This document shows positions 24,501 to 37,284 of a DNA stretch of 64,000 bases, one piece after another (position 1 is the stretch's first letter; every line of letters starts with the position of its first letter). The notes under the pieces are model-generated. The model had not been told where the DNA came from. It made no database searches and saw nothing but the letters and a program-made list of their open reading frames with translations. Where the stretch lies: positions 66,030,001-66,094,000 of the forward strand of contig CM075982.1 in assembly GCA_038087875.1 (NCBI GenBank). The letters are read 5' to 3'. This stretch comes from Malacoraja senta. Lineage: Eukaryota. The position numbers were made by a program, and so were the translations under genes.

Positions 24501-26771
24501 ATCATTTGAGGACACAGAAATCTGGATTTGAAACAGCAAACTCTGCAAGCGATCTGCTAACGGTCTGTTAAAGTCTGAAGAAGGGTCTCGACCCGAAACG
24601 TCACCCATTCCTTCTCTCCAGAGATGTTGCCTGGCCCGCTGAGTTATTCCAGCATTTTTGTGTCTATCTTCGGTTTAAATCAGCATCTGCAGTTCCTTCC
24701 TGAGTTAACCAGCATGTTGCGTCTTTCCGAGGGCAAATTGGACAAGCTTTGACGGGCACCTTGGTCGGCATGCACTTGAACCTGTTTCGCGACGTCTGTC
24801 GCCATCTCTCCAGTGGCTGTAAGCTTGGTTGGCGGCAGTTTAACTGCGTAATCATTGTTGCTTTATAATCTTCACGTTGCAAGAGACGGTGCTACATCCT
24901 TTGGCAAAATACCAGAAAGCACCTTCCTCACACACGCAATAGGTCCACAACTGATATCTAAAACATTTAAATGGCTTTACACGACTGTTTCGTACCAAGT
25001 CGGCAATAAAACGTCTTGCGGAACTGAAGGGTGGTTTTTCAGTAATAAAACGCCTTGCGGAACTGAAGAGTGGGTTTCTCTGGCGCCGTTGAATAAGCCG
25101 CGCATTTTTACGCTGAACGTTTTCATTCTAGCCACCACGCCGTCCCTGGCTACAAAGTAGATGAACGGATCGATGCAGCTGTTTAAACTGGTCAGCCCTC
25201 TGGTGACCTGGTAGTACACGTAAATCGACCTATTGTTTGACGCACAGAAACCTCCCAACTGGAAGTGCCTGGAACTTAAATTGAGATATCTCAAAAGATG
25301 GTAAGGCGCAAAGCAAACCGAAAACAAAAGCATAATAATGATGGCGAGGTTCCGGGACCGTTTCTTGGGACCTCTGTCCAGGCTACGGTTTTTGCTGAGG
25401 ACCACTGCGATTTGACAGTAACATGCTATGATGATTAGGAAGGGAATCAAGAATCCAGTCACCGAAATGACCTTGACGTACAACAGGTAAGAGGTCACCT
25501 CTACGTTTATCACACTGTCGTGGCACTTTGAGCCATCGGCGTTAGTCTTGGTGAAATATAAATGCATTAATGTTTGAAGCAGAACCAACGTCCAGACCAG
25601 GGCACTGATCTGAGCCGAGTGGCGGGTTTTCCATCGTCCCAACATCCTCATTGGGTGCACGATGCCCATGTAACGCTGCACGCTGATGCAGGTGAGGAAT
25701 CCGATGCTCCCGTACAAATTCAGATGGAAAACCAGCCTGCTAATTCGGCAAAAGCCTTTGCCAAAAACCCAGCGGTAGCGGGCGGCGTAATAGGCCACGA
25801 AGAAAGGCAAGGTGAGCACGTAGAACAGGTCCGCGAGTGCCAGGTGAAACACGAAGAAGTCGCCGTTGACCCATTTCCTCCGTCTCAAACACAGGCAGGC
25901 CAGCACCGAGGCGTTTGTGCAGAAACCCACCACGAACACAAACACGTAGGTGATGGAGATTAACCTGTCCTTGAAGATCTTGTTGACTGGGCACTCGGTG
26001 GTTTGGTTCAACACGTTGAAACCAGGAGTGGGCGAAACAGCGATCAAAGAGCTTACTTCCGTCATTCCAAATGGCCCACGGGGCAGCACGGCGGGGTGGA
26101 TGGGAAGGGCCGCATTAAAACCTTGTAATCCTGGGACCCCGTCAACCAAAAGCCACGCTATCAATCTGAACCAGCAAAATACGAAACTTTGGAGTAACTC
26201 GGCGGGTCAGGCAGCAGCATCTTTGGGTCGGGACAACTTCTTCAGAAAAACAAACTCCGCTCAACCACTGAAGCAGAGGAGCTGAACGCCATTCAATGTG
26301 TCAGCATGCCAATTCAACAACGTCGGTGATCAGCTCAGCAATTAAAGGATCACAGCCACACCCCGTTCTCTAAGAACATGCAAGGTCCTGTACCAAAGAC
26401 ACGTACATGCAATCTGCCCAAGACACCGAATCTAATTGTGCAGGAAGGAACTGCAGATGCTGGTTTAAAAACGAAGATAGACACAAAAAGCTGGAGTAAC
26501 TCAACGGGACAGGCAGCATCTCTGGAGAGAAGGAACGGGTGACGTTTCGGGTCGAGTCCCTTCTTCAGGCTGATGTCAGGGGAGTGGGCGGTACAGAGAT
26601 AACTGATTTGGGACCCGCGGTCTCCTCAAGGCCGGAGTGGAGGAACTATCCTGAAACCCAAATATTGACAGCGCAGCGAGGTAGAAGTGACTGGGAAACG
26701 TTATCAGTTGATAAAGCCTCCCTCCCCAGCTTTGACATTCAGATACATTTACAAACTATTAAAAATAAGTC
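21534..26771. repeat. Tandem segmental duplication, unit 2 (~5.24 kb)
   Basis: Junction 'aaaaataagtc|ctgtggcttcctcagg'; the unit ends at 'aaaaataagtc' 26771, after which the sequence diverges. Confidence 0.95.
24977..26065 (-). CDS. P2Y purinoceptor, P2Y1-like class (362 aa), proximal copy
   Basis: Intact ORF. By eye, 7 substitutions versus the distal copy, 4 of them amino-acid changing (S>Y ECL1, D>H TM4 end, G>D tail, terminal L>V). Confidence 0.93.
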   Translation of the reverse strand: MTEVSSLIAVSPTPGFNVLNQTTECPVNKIFKDRLISITYVFVFVVGFCTNASVLACLCLRRRKWVNGDFFVFHLALADLFYVLTLPFFVAYYAARYRWVFGKGFCRISRLVFHLNLYGSIGFLTCISVQRYMGIVHPMRMLGRWKTRHSAQISALVWTLVLLQTLMHLYFTKTNADGSKCHDSVINVEVTSYLLYVKVISVTGFLIPFLIIIACYCQIAVVLSKNRSLDRGPKKRSRNLAIIIMLLFSVCFAPYHLLRYLNLSSRHFQLGGFCASNNRSIYVYYQVTRGLTSLNSCIDPFIYFVARDGVVARMKTFSVKMRGLFNGARETHSSVPQGVLLLKNHPSVPQDVLLPTWYETVV

Positions 26772-26823
26772 AAGGGTATTTAAAATAAAAGGCACAAAAT
26801 GCTTAAGATGTGTCTTTAAACGG

Positions 26824-27120
26824 GCGGCACAGTGACACGGCTGGTAGAGCTGCTGCCTCACAACACGAGAGACCCGGGTGCTGTGTCTGTGTGGAATTTG
26901 CCCGTTCTCCCTGTGACCGCGTGGGTTTCCTCCGGGTGCTCCGGTTCCCCCCCACACTCAAAGAAGGGATTTGTAGGTTCGTTGGTCTATGTGAATTCTC
27001 CCTGGTGTGTATGGAGTGGACGGGGAAACATGGAACTAGTGTGTGCGGGTGATCGATGGTCAGTGTAGGCTCGGTGGGCCAAAGGGCCTGTTGCCACGCT
27101 GCATCTTTCAATCACATCAA
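26824..27120 (+). mobile_element. tRNA-derived V-type SINE
   Basis: Head 'ggcacagtgacacggctggtagagctgctgcctcaca', V-domain, 'ggtgggccaaagggcctg' tail. Confidence 0.8.
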
Positions 27121-27138
27121 TTGTCAAGTCAAACTGTA

Positions 27139-29547
27139 ATAGATACATAGATACATAGATACATAGAAAATAGGTGCAGGATTAGGCCATTCGGCCCTTC
27201 GAGCCTGCACCGCCATTCAATATGATCATGGCTGATCATCCAACTCAGTATCCCGTACCTGCCTTCTCTCCATACCCCCTGATCCCTTTAGCCACAAGGG
27301 CCACATCTAACTCCCTCTTAAATATAGCCAATGAACTGGCGTCAACTACCCTCTGTGGCAGAGAGTTCCAGAGATTCACCACTCTCTGTGTGAAAAAGTT
27401 TTTCCTCATCTCGGTCTTAAAGGATTTCCCCCTTATTCTTAAGCTGTGACCCCTTGTCCTGGACTTCCCCAACATCGGGAACAATCTTCCTGCATCTAGC
27501 CTGTCCAACCCCATAAGAATTTTGTACGTTTCTATAAGATCCCCTCTCAATCTCCTAAATTCTAGCGAGTATAAGCCAAGTCTATCCAGTCTTTCTTCAT
27601 ATGAAAGTCCTGACATCCCAGGAATCAGTCTGGTGAACCTTCCCTGCACTCCCTCTATGGCTATAATGTCCTTCCTCAGATTTGGAGACCAAAACTGTAC
27701 GCAATACTCCAGGTGTGGTCTCACCAAGACCCTGTACAACTGCAGTAGAACCTCCCTGCTCCTATACTCAAATCCTCTTGCTATGAAGGCCAACATACCA
27801 TTCGCTTTCTTCACTGCCTGCTGCACCTGCATGCCTACTTTCAATGACTGGTGTACCATGACACCCAGGTCTCGCTGCACCTCCCCATTTCCTAATCGGC
27901 CACCATTTAGATAATAGTCTGCCTTCCCGTTTTTGCCACCAAAGTGGATAACCTCACATTTATCCACATTATACTGCATCTGCCAAACATTTGCCCACTC
28001 ACCCAGCCTATCCAAGTCACCTTGCAGTCTCCTAGCATCCTCCTCACAGCTAACACTGCCCCCCAGCTTAGTGTCATCCGCAAACTTGGAGATGTTGCTT
28101 TCAATTCCCTCGTCCAGATCATTAATATAAATTGTAAATAGCTGGGGTCCCAGCACTGAGCCTTGCGGTACCCCACTAGTCACTGCCTGCCATTGTGAAA
28201 AGGACCCGTTTACTCCTACTCTTTGCTTACTGTTTGCCAGCCAGTTCTCTATCCACATCAATACTGAACCCCCAATACCGTGTGATTTAAGTTTGTATCC
28301 TAATCTCTTATGTGGTACCTTGTCGAAAGCCTTCTGAAAGTCCAGATACAACACATCCACTGGTTCTCCCCTATCCACTCTATTAGTTACATCCTCGAAA
28401 AATTCTATAAGATTCGTCAGACACGATTTACCTTTCGTAAATCCATGCTGACTTTGTCCAATGATTTCACCACTTTCCAAATGTGCTGCTATCCCATCTT
28501 TAATAACTGACTCTAGCAGTTTCCCCACTACCGATGTTAGACTAACTGGTCTGTAATTCCCCGTTTTCTCTCTCCCTCCCTTCTTAAAAAGTGGGGTTAC
28601 GTTTGCTACCCTCCAATCCTCAGGAACTACTCCAGAATCTAAAGAATTTTGAAAAATTATCAATAATGCATCCACTATTTCTGGAGCTACTTCCTTAAGT
28701 ACTCTGGGATGCAGCCTATCTGGCCCTGGTGATTTATCGGCCTTTAATCCATTCAATTTACCCAACACCACTTCCCGACTAACCTGGATTTCACTCAGTT
28801 CCTCCATCTCCTTTGACCCGCGGCCCCCTGCTATTTCCGGCAGATTATTTATGTCTTCCTTAGTGAAGACGGAACCAAAGTAGTTATTCAATTGGTCCGC
28901 CATATCCTTGTTCCCCATGATCAATTCACCTGTTTCTGACTGCAAGGGACCTACATTTGTTTTAACTTATCTCTTTCTCTTCACATATCTATAAAAACTT
29001 TTGCAGTCAGTTTTTATGTTCCCTGCCAGTTTCCTTTCATAATCTATTTTCCCTTTCCTAATTAAGCCCTTTGTCCTCCTCTGCTGGTCTCTGAATTTCT
29101 CCCAGTCCTCTGGTATGCTGCTTTTTCTGGCTAATTTGTACGCAACATCTTTTGCTTTGATACTATCCCTGATTTCCCTTGTTATCCACGGATGCACTAC
29201 CTTCCCTGATTTATTCTTTTGCCAAACTGGGATGAACATTTTTTGTAGTTCATCCATGCAGTCTTTAAATGCCTTCCATTGCATATCCACCGTCAACCCT
29301 TTTAGAACTAATTGCCAGTCAATCTTGGCCAATTCACGTCTCATATCCTCAAAGTTACCTTTCTTTAAGTTCAGAACCGTTGTTTCTGAATTAACAATGT
29401 CACTCTCCATCCTAATGAAGAACTCAACCATATTATGGTCACTCTTGCCCAAGGGGGCACGCACAACAAGTCTGCTAACTAACCATTCCTCATTACTCAA
29501 TACCCAGTCTAGAATAGCCTGCTCTCTCGTTGGTTCCTCTACATGTT
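27139..29547 (-). mobile_element. Young CR1 (HER1-type) LINE, 5'-truncated; RT domain intact, one in-frame TAA at 28967-28969
   Basis: ORFs 28967-29500 and 27245-28945 are in the same frame (KRKR*VKTNVGPLQ). RT motifs YLDFQKAFDKV, GVPQGSVLGP, FADD; 8-bp (CTATGTAT)n tail. Confidence 0.96.
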
Positions 29548-30540
29548 ATGTATGTAATATAATGAAAGGTATTACCTGCCTCCAAGTTAAAGGGGGAGGA
29601 GTATTATGTATGTAATATAATTGGTGTTACCGGGCTCCAAGTTAAAGGGGGAGGAGTGTTAGGTATGGGATAATTAGGATAAGTAATTGGTGTCTTGTAA
29701 TGTCTGGGGCAAGTACGCAGGAGCAAAAAAGACAAGGTGGCGTCCTGCAGTAAAGAAGCTTGTATGATTCCTCCCGTGTCCGAGCCTTTATTCAAGACTG
29801 TTCAAAGCATCCGAATACACAACAATTGGCGACGAGGATAAAAGAACGAAGATAAGAACAAGGCCAGCAAGAAGAATCGAAAACAAAAGTTAAAAATAGA
29901 AGTAGTATTTGGAAACAAGTGGAACAGCACCAAGCAAAATGGTTTTGAATTGGCGCCAAAAAGAAGAAAGGTAGGAACGGGAAGCAATAGCTCAGGGAAG
30001 AGCTAGGAAATCAAGCAGGGGCAGTAAGGGTCACCAAGCACGGTGTCAGCTTACCTGGAATGTATCCAGGGCTGTGCAGCCCACAACCAAGCTCAAGCAG
30101 CAGCCACAGACGTCGGGTGGGGGCCTAGTACCGTGAAGGCCACGGACAGGTCCAGAAAAGCCACCGACAAGAGGCTGAGTCTTCAGCCCAACTGGGAACA
30201 GTCAACCCGGTGGGGGGAGAAAGCAGAGAAAGACCGGTCGGGAGCAGAGTCAGCCCGACCGTGAACAGAGAAGCGGAGATAAGCCGAGTTCCGCCCGGTG
30301 CTTTAAAAAAGGGCACACAGCACCGGAAGCGAGGAAAAGACGGATGTTGACTTGCGGCTAAAAACTTGAACAGTATAATCTAAGAGACTGTCCTAAAAAC
30401 TGCCGCGATCGCCAGCGAAGGCATGCAGGACTGATTATCTACAGCACCCGATTGGCAGCCAGTTTTTCACCTGCTAAAAGACTAAACTGTTAAATACCTT
30501 AAGACCTACAACATCCAAATGCCTTCAAAGTAATGGCTGA
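29544..30540 (+). mobile_element. Gypsy-type LTR retrotransposon remnant: 5' LTR (29544-29824), PBS and leader; no gag/pol or second LTR seen
   Basis: TGTT...AACA termini; AGTAAA at 29749; PBS TGGCGACGAGGAT at 29827-29839, complementary to the tRNA-Ser(GCU) 3' end (typical of Mag-like Gypsy). Right boundary uncertain. Confidence 0.75.
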
Positions 30541-32077
30541 AGCAATAAATCAAGTGAAACTGTCAATTAATTGCTGAATCTGCCAAAATAAAAGGAGAAA
30601 AAAAAATGGAAAAGAAGTGGTTTGGTCATTGAGTGAAATCCAATTCATCATTTCGGGGTGGATGAATAAGATCCCTTTCAAGCGGGGAATATGCACAAAA
30701 ACATTAGAAGACTTGACATCAATCATTCAGACTAGTTTCTACCAACAAGAAGTGATCGGTGTTGACTCGATGGGCCGAAGGGCCTGTTCCCAGGCTGAAT
30801 CTTTGAATCAGTTAAATCATGGAACTACATGTAAACAAAAACAATTAGCCATTTTACTGATGTTATTATAAGAACATATTATTCCCCCCCCCACCACCCC
30901 CCACTTTTGCTTCTATTCAATCCTCTCATCTTCCCATTGAAACCATTTGAATGTTTGATCCTGGTGCAGAATTTGAGATATAACCCCCTCCACCCCCCCC
31001 CCCCCCACAGTTTTGAAGGGTGAGTGATCTCAGCATGAAGGACGCCCGCTTCCACACTGCCTGGTGCGTTCAAATGTGATAACACAGGGTCAAAAGTCCA
31101 GACCATTAAACGGCTATATTTCCAACCTCGCGCTGTTCCAATTGGACCCACCGGTGGCTCTCGGGAAGATTCTATCTCTCTTAAAACCACGACAGAAAAA
31201 AATCTAAAATCCTTAAATGTTGTGTCACAGAAAAGGGTCTATCGGTTTGATACTCACACTCCACTGTCCACTATCACCAATAATCCCTCTTCGCCTCGAC
31301 CTGAAACGTCACCTATTCCTTTTCTCCAGAGCTGCTGCCTGACCCGCTGAGTTACTCCAACATTTTGTGTCTATCTTCGGTGTAAACCAGCATCTGCAGT
31401 TCTTTCCTACACAATCCCGGTTAGAGCTTTATGCATATATATTCACATTGGGATTCGGTTCTGAACACCCAGTTTCCTGTCTCATGATCAACTATAGCCA
31501 TCTAAAATGGGGCTCTATATCAGTGCACAGTGCAAGAACCTGGATCTGAACAATATGTAACGTTCAGATTATTTTTGTTTGAAACTTGCATCATCCTATT
31601 GTTATACTAATGGTCCAATTAATTGTTCAATGTTTTTTTTTAAATTGTCACGTGTGCACTGCACAGTGAAATTCTTTTTGCTCACGCCTCACATATGCAA
31701 TGAGTCGCCAAACCTGGGTGCCATTTACAAAAGTCCAAAGTCCGGTCGGCGTGCTCGATGTAGCGGAGCGGCTCCCGATCCAGATAAGCCCCAGGCTGGA
31801 GCAGGTGCATCCTGCGGCTGAACTTGAAGGCTCTGGAGGCAGTACCCTGATCACTCCCCTACCGACCCACTCCTCGCATCCGTTGTCGCCAGCAAACCCC
31901 CTCCACCCCCCATCCTCGACACTCGACAAGAAATCCCTCTTCATTGAAAACCTAAGCAATTCTATCTACATTATATTTAACTAGACCTGATTCTATGATC
32001 TTACTTTGGTTAGTTCTTTTACTTAATCATGAGAACAAGATGAATATTTTAGAAAGAATTACAGAGGCTGGGTCAGA

Positions 32078-32356
32078 TTTTAGTTTAGTTTAGAGATACA
32101 GAGTGGAAACAGGCCCTTCAGCCCAACGAGTCGACACCAACCAACGATCCCCCTAGCTCTATCCTACACACTAGGGACAATTTACAGAAGCCAATTAACC
32201 GTCAAACCTGCACGTCTTTAGAATGTGGGGGGTGCAGGCAGAGGAGCACCCGGAGAAACCCCACGCGATCATAGGGAGAACGTACAAACACAATACAGAC
32301 AGCACCCGATTAAACCCGGGTCTCTGGCGCTGTAAGTCAGCAACTCTACCACTGCG
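32078..32356 (-). mobile_element. V-type tRNA SINE
   Basis: Same head, V-domain and tail, with (TAAAC)n end. Confidence 0.8.
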
Positions 32357-33560
32357 TTGTAACAACTGTTCAGTTGATGAATGGGTCCTGACCTAAAATG
32401 TCCTCCACAGATGCTGCTTGACCTCCTTACCTTTGTTTTGCACGTCTTCCATGAGATCATTTCAGATCGGTTTATTGTCCTCGACATCAGGTGCAAATAA
32501 ATCCTTTAGTCACATGATGCTCAGTGAGCAAACACTGAAGGTACAATAATGATAAATACAACAATAAATGCAAAACAGCTTGTAGTTTGCACCGAAGATA
32601 GACACAAAATGCTGGAGTAACTCAGCAGGACAGGCAGCATCTCTGGAGAGAAGAAATGGGTGATGTTTCCGGTCGAGACCCTTTGTAAACCAGCATCTGC
32701 AGTTCCTTCCTACAAAAATTGTAATGCAATCTGAAATAGTGCAAAAAATATTAATTTACAATAATGGGGAATATCTGAATAAGATCAATTAAAGGTAAGT
32801 GTGTGTGGCCCCACCTCCAGAAAGAGGGTGTGAAAGAGTGGATTGGTTCAGAAGTATGTGGAGAAGCAGTGGAGAAAAACTATCCTCAATAGTTTCTCTA
32901 TTATAGTGTGTACCAGGTACAGTGAAATACTTTTACTTACAGCTGAGCAATTCTATAACCATACATCACAACAGAGTGCACAGAACAGCCCCACTGAATC
33001 TATATGCAAGTGGCGCCATTTTAGTGCCATTTTACAGCCCCAACTGTAGCTGGCCACAATGGGCCATTGCAGCCATCGCCTCCATTCCGGTCGTCCCTCT
33101 CCACGGCCGGCCCTCTACAGCTCTCTTCAACCAAAACAAGCCAAACTTGAGGACACGAAAGGTAAGACCCCTCCTTAAGTCTGGAGCTCCGAGTTTTCAA
33201 ACTCTTGTGTCCTCTTGCACAAGTTAGAAGGGAGCAAAGGGAATGGCTGGGTGGCCTAGCCATTGACAATCACTGCTCAATGACATTGACAATATTACCA
33301 GCCTTTCTGTTGCAACACAGAGTCAAGATGGAAGGAAGTGATGAGCCTATAATGGCCATATATATATGCCCCTTTGTTTTCTTTCTCTTCAACTGCCCTT
33401 GTTAATTTGTTAACCAAATAGTTTTGCAACCGTTTCTCTCAAGTAAATATAGCCTTCCCCCTTCCTTTGTCCTAGGTCCCTCCTCTACCCTCTCTGTAAC
33501 ATAAAACAAACTTAATTTCACACTTCTTCTGTTCTGATGAAACATTAACTCTGCATTTGA

Positions 33561-33818
33561 TAGGAATGGGTGATGTTTCAGGTCAAGACCCTTCTTCAGA
33601 TTGATGTCAGGGGAATGGGCGGGACAGAGATAGAATGCAGTCAGAGACAGTAAGACTGGTGGGAAAACCTTGTCTTACTGTCTCTGACCACATTCTATCT
33701 TTGTCCCTCCCTCTCCCCTGACATCAGTTTGAAGAAGGGTCTCGACCCGAAACGTCACCCATTCCTTCTCTCCAAAGACCTGCCTGTCCCGCTGAGTTAC
33801 TCCAGCATTTTGTGTCTA
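33561..33818. mobile_element. Long palindromic Penelope-tail element (~120-bp arms)
   Basis: Left arm 'cccttcttcagattgatgtcagggga...agacagtaagac' pairs with right arm 'gtcttactgtctc...cccctgacatcagtttgaagaaggg'. Confidence 0.8.
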
Positions 33819-34756
33819 AACCTCTGCTTTTGATACTGTCTAATCTGTTACTAGCATTCTTTTTGTAGCCCATTGTGTGATGGTACATTGTATAAAACCA
33901 TATCCAGAAGCTATTCATGAAGCAATTCTTCATTCAGTTTTCCATCTTTTTTCCATTTAAGTCATGAGAAATAGATTGGGCAAATGCACAGTCTTTCATT
34001 CACAGTAGGGGGATTGAGAACCAGAGGAGATGGGTTAGGTTTAAGGTGAAGGGGGAAATATTTAATAGGAACCTGAGGGCAACTTTTTCCATACAGAGGG
34101 TGGTGGGTATATGGAACGAGCTGCCGGTGGAGGTAGTTGAGGCAAGTACTATCACAACATTGGAAACAATATTTGGACAAGTACTGTACATGGATAGGAC
34201 AGGTTTATAGGGATATGGGCCAAATGCAGGAAGGTGGGACTAGTGTAGATGGGCCATGTTGGCCGGTTTGGGCAAGTTGGGCCGAAGGGCCTGTTTCCAC
34301 ACTGTATGGCTCTATGACTCTTAGTATAGTTTCTGAGGATCATGACAGAAGCCTCCTTGTGGTGATCACCGGAAACAACGACACGATGCACTCTGTGACG
34401 CATCGGGCGACCAATTCTGTCAACATGTTGGATGATGACAGAAGCCAACAGCGAGCTATACGTTGTCTGACACATGAGCGAACGAAGTATACTTTCTGAA
34501 AACGCTGCATAATCAGGACCTAAATAGTTGTATGCCCAAACAGGCGTTTCATCATCTGAGCTTCAGGAATAAGGTTACAATAGACAAACATTGCATATTT
34601 TATTGTAATATAATTCACATAATACTTAGCATCTGAGTGTGACATTTGAGGAAGGATCCCAACTAGAAACGTCACCTAATTATTCCCTCCCCAGATGCTG
34701 CCTGACCCATTGAGTTCCTCCAGCATTTGTGTTTTGCTCAAGGTTCCAGCACCTGA

Positions 34757-35075
34757 CCGGCACAGTGGCGCAGGGGTAGGAGCTACTGCCTCACATTCCA
34801 AAGACACAGGACCTGGGTTCGATCCTGACCTCGGGCCTGTCTGTACAGAGTTTGTACATTCTTTGCGTGACAGGTTGGGTTTTCTCTGGGCGCGCCCATT
34901 TCCTTCCACACTCCAAAGACATGCAGGTTTGTAGGTTAATTGGATTCTGTAAAATTTCCCCTAGGTGCAGGATGTGGAAGTGGGATAACATGGAACTCGT
35001 GTGAACGCGTGATTGATGGTCGGCGAGGACTAGGTGGGCCGAAAGGCCATGTTTCCATGCTGTGTCTCTAAACTG
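34757..35075 (+). mobile_element. V-type tRNA SINE
   Basis: GGGTTCGATCC B-box, V-domain, CR1-like tail. Confidence 0.82.
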
Positions 35076-37284
35076 AGGTATGTGAGGAATGGCTTCCAAA
35101 CAGCTGATGTCTGGGTTTAAACAACTGAGTTCAAAGCTGTGCACTTGGTCAGTGTCAAGCAACCATCTTCTTTTGCAGCAGGTTGTCAGTGATGTATATA
35201 AAACATGAATAGGAGAAGGGTCTCGACCCAAAATGTCACCTATGCCTTCTCTCCAGAGATGTTGCCTGTCCCGCTGAGTTACTCTAGCATTTGGTATCTA
35301 TAATAGATGGACCATCAGTTATGCTTCGTGCAGTGTTTGAATAGGGATTACAAAACACAAATCTTGACATGCTCAATTAAAGGTCTGAAGAAGTGGAAAT
35401 GTAAGAAAATGATTTAACCAATATTATTGTTCAAGTGAAACGGGTTCTCATGCTGAAGGCTTAAATTCTTCAGGTTACAGCCTGTATCAGGATGTACTTC
35501 TGCTGGAGTCAATAACATTGACAAAAACAACGTGCTTGGCTGAATGGTTTATTACATTTTAACTATTATTGATTTCACTTCTGGACTTCCAACCCATAAA
35601 TCTGCATGACATTTCTCAGATAAAGAAAGTTAGTTTTAGATCAAGTGCCTTTTATGTTAAATACAGCAATGATAATACAGTGAATATTGCTATCATATTC
35701 ATGTATAAATCAGCCAGCATTGCACATTAAGTCCACTCTGCAAAGTCCTTTTGCCCTAAGCTTCATGAAAATGCCACGATTGCACATTAAATGCTTGTGT
35801 AAATACTATAAATATTACTTTAATGGTGATAACTATTATTCAGTTTAGTTTATTGTCATGTGTACCAAGGTACAGTGAAAAACTTTTGTTGCGGGCTAAA
35901 CATGCAGCAGAAAGACAAAACATGATTACAAACAAGCCATTTACAGTGTATAGATACATGATTAAGGAGTAATGTTTAGTGCAAGGTAAAGCCAGCAAAG
36001 TTCATTCCATGCTAGTCCGAGGTTCACCAATGAGGTAGATATTAGTTCAGGACTGTCCCCTGGTAGTGGTGGGATGATTCAGTTGCCTGATAACAGCTGG
36101 GAAGAAACTGCCCCTCAATCTGGAGGTGTATACTGGTTTTACCCAGAAAGAAAATAAATTAAAATTGTACTAGAGATGAAGGATGCAGGAAAATGCAGTC
36201 AACATTTGAAATGGCTGACCTCAGCGAGATTTGATTTCCTGATATGTATAAGGGTTCTGGTCTTTGTGCAGAATTAAGCAAAGAATTCCCAAAACAGTCT
36301 GTGGCAAGTTCATTCTGGTGTGCGAGATTAACTAAATTAATATCCAGAATAAAGAAGTAACTTAAAACCTTACATAAAGAATTTTCCACATGTAAAGACA
36401 TGTGTGCAAAGATGGCAGAATATTTACAGATGTTAATTTGTCAAAAGATTAATAATCTTTTAATAAATAAATTTGTATTGCTGTTGATGTAGGGATTTCT
36501 GGAAATTATGAGAAAATATTAGAAATTTGTAGTAAATTTAACCTAAGAGCCCTTCATACCGAAAAAAGATGATGTGAAATTAGGCCAACCAAATGAAGTT
36601 AATTTAAAGGACATATTAGAAGAGGCTGTAATTAGATCAAGGAAGTATTTAGCAAAGCATTCTGAAGCAAAGATAAACAAGGGGTGTTTATAAACCACAG
36701 GTTATGGTTAATGAAGTTCATCATGAAACAAGAGGAACCACTTTATGATACCCATTTATAGAAAAAATAAAGAAGCATATTTTTAGGCACAAGAAGTAAA
36801 GACCAGGGATAGACACATCTCTGGAGAGAAGGAATAGGTGATGTTTCGATCGAGACCCTTCTTCAGATTGAGATGCAGGGAAGAGGGAAACTAGAGGTAT
36901 GAAAAGGTACAGAACAAATCAGAGCCAGCACCGATGACCAAAGAGCCCACAACGGTCCATTGTTGGCTGTGGAGGAGGTGAGAACGAAGGGAAACTAGCA
37001 GAATGACTAGGGTGGGGGAGGGATGGAGAGACCCAGGTGTCAGACAGATAGAGGCAGCTCCAGCAGGAATTAAACACTGGTCAAAGACTACAAAGAAATA
37101 TAGAAACATAGGAAATAGGTTGAGGAGTAGGCCATTTGGCCCTTTGAGCCAACACCGCCATTCAATATGATTATGGCTGATCATCGAGAATCAGTCCCCT
37201 GTTCCTGCTTTCACCCCATATCCCTTGATTCTGTTAGTCCTAAGAGCTATAACTAACCCCTAAGAGCTATATCTAACTATATCC

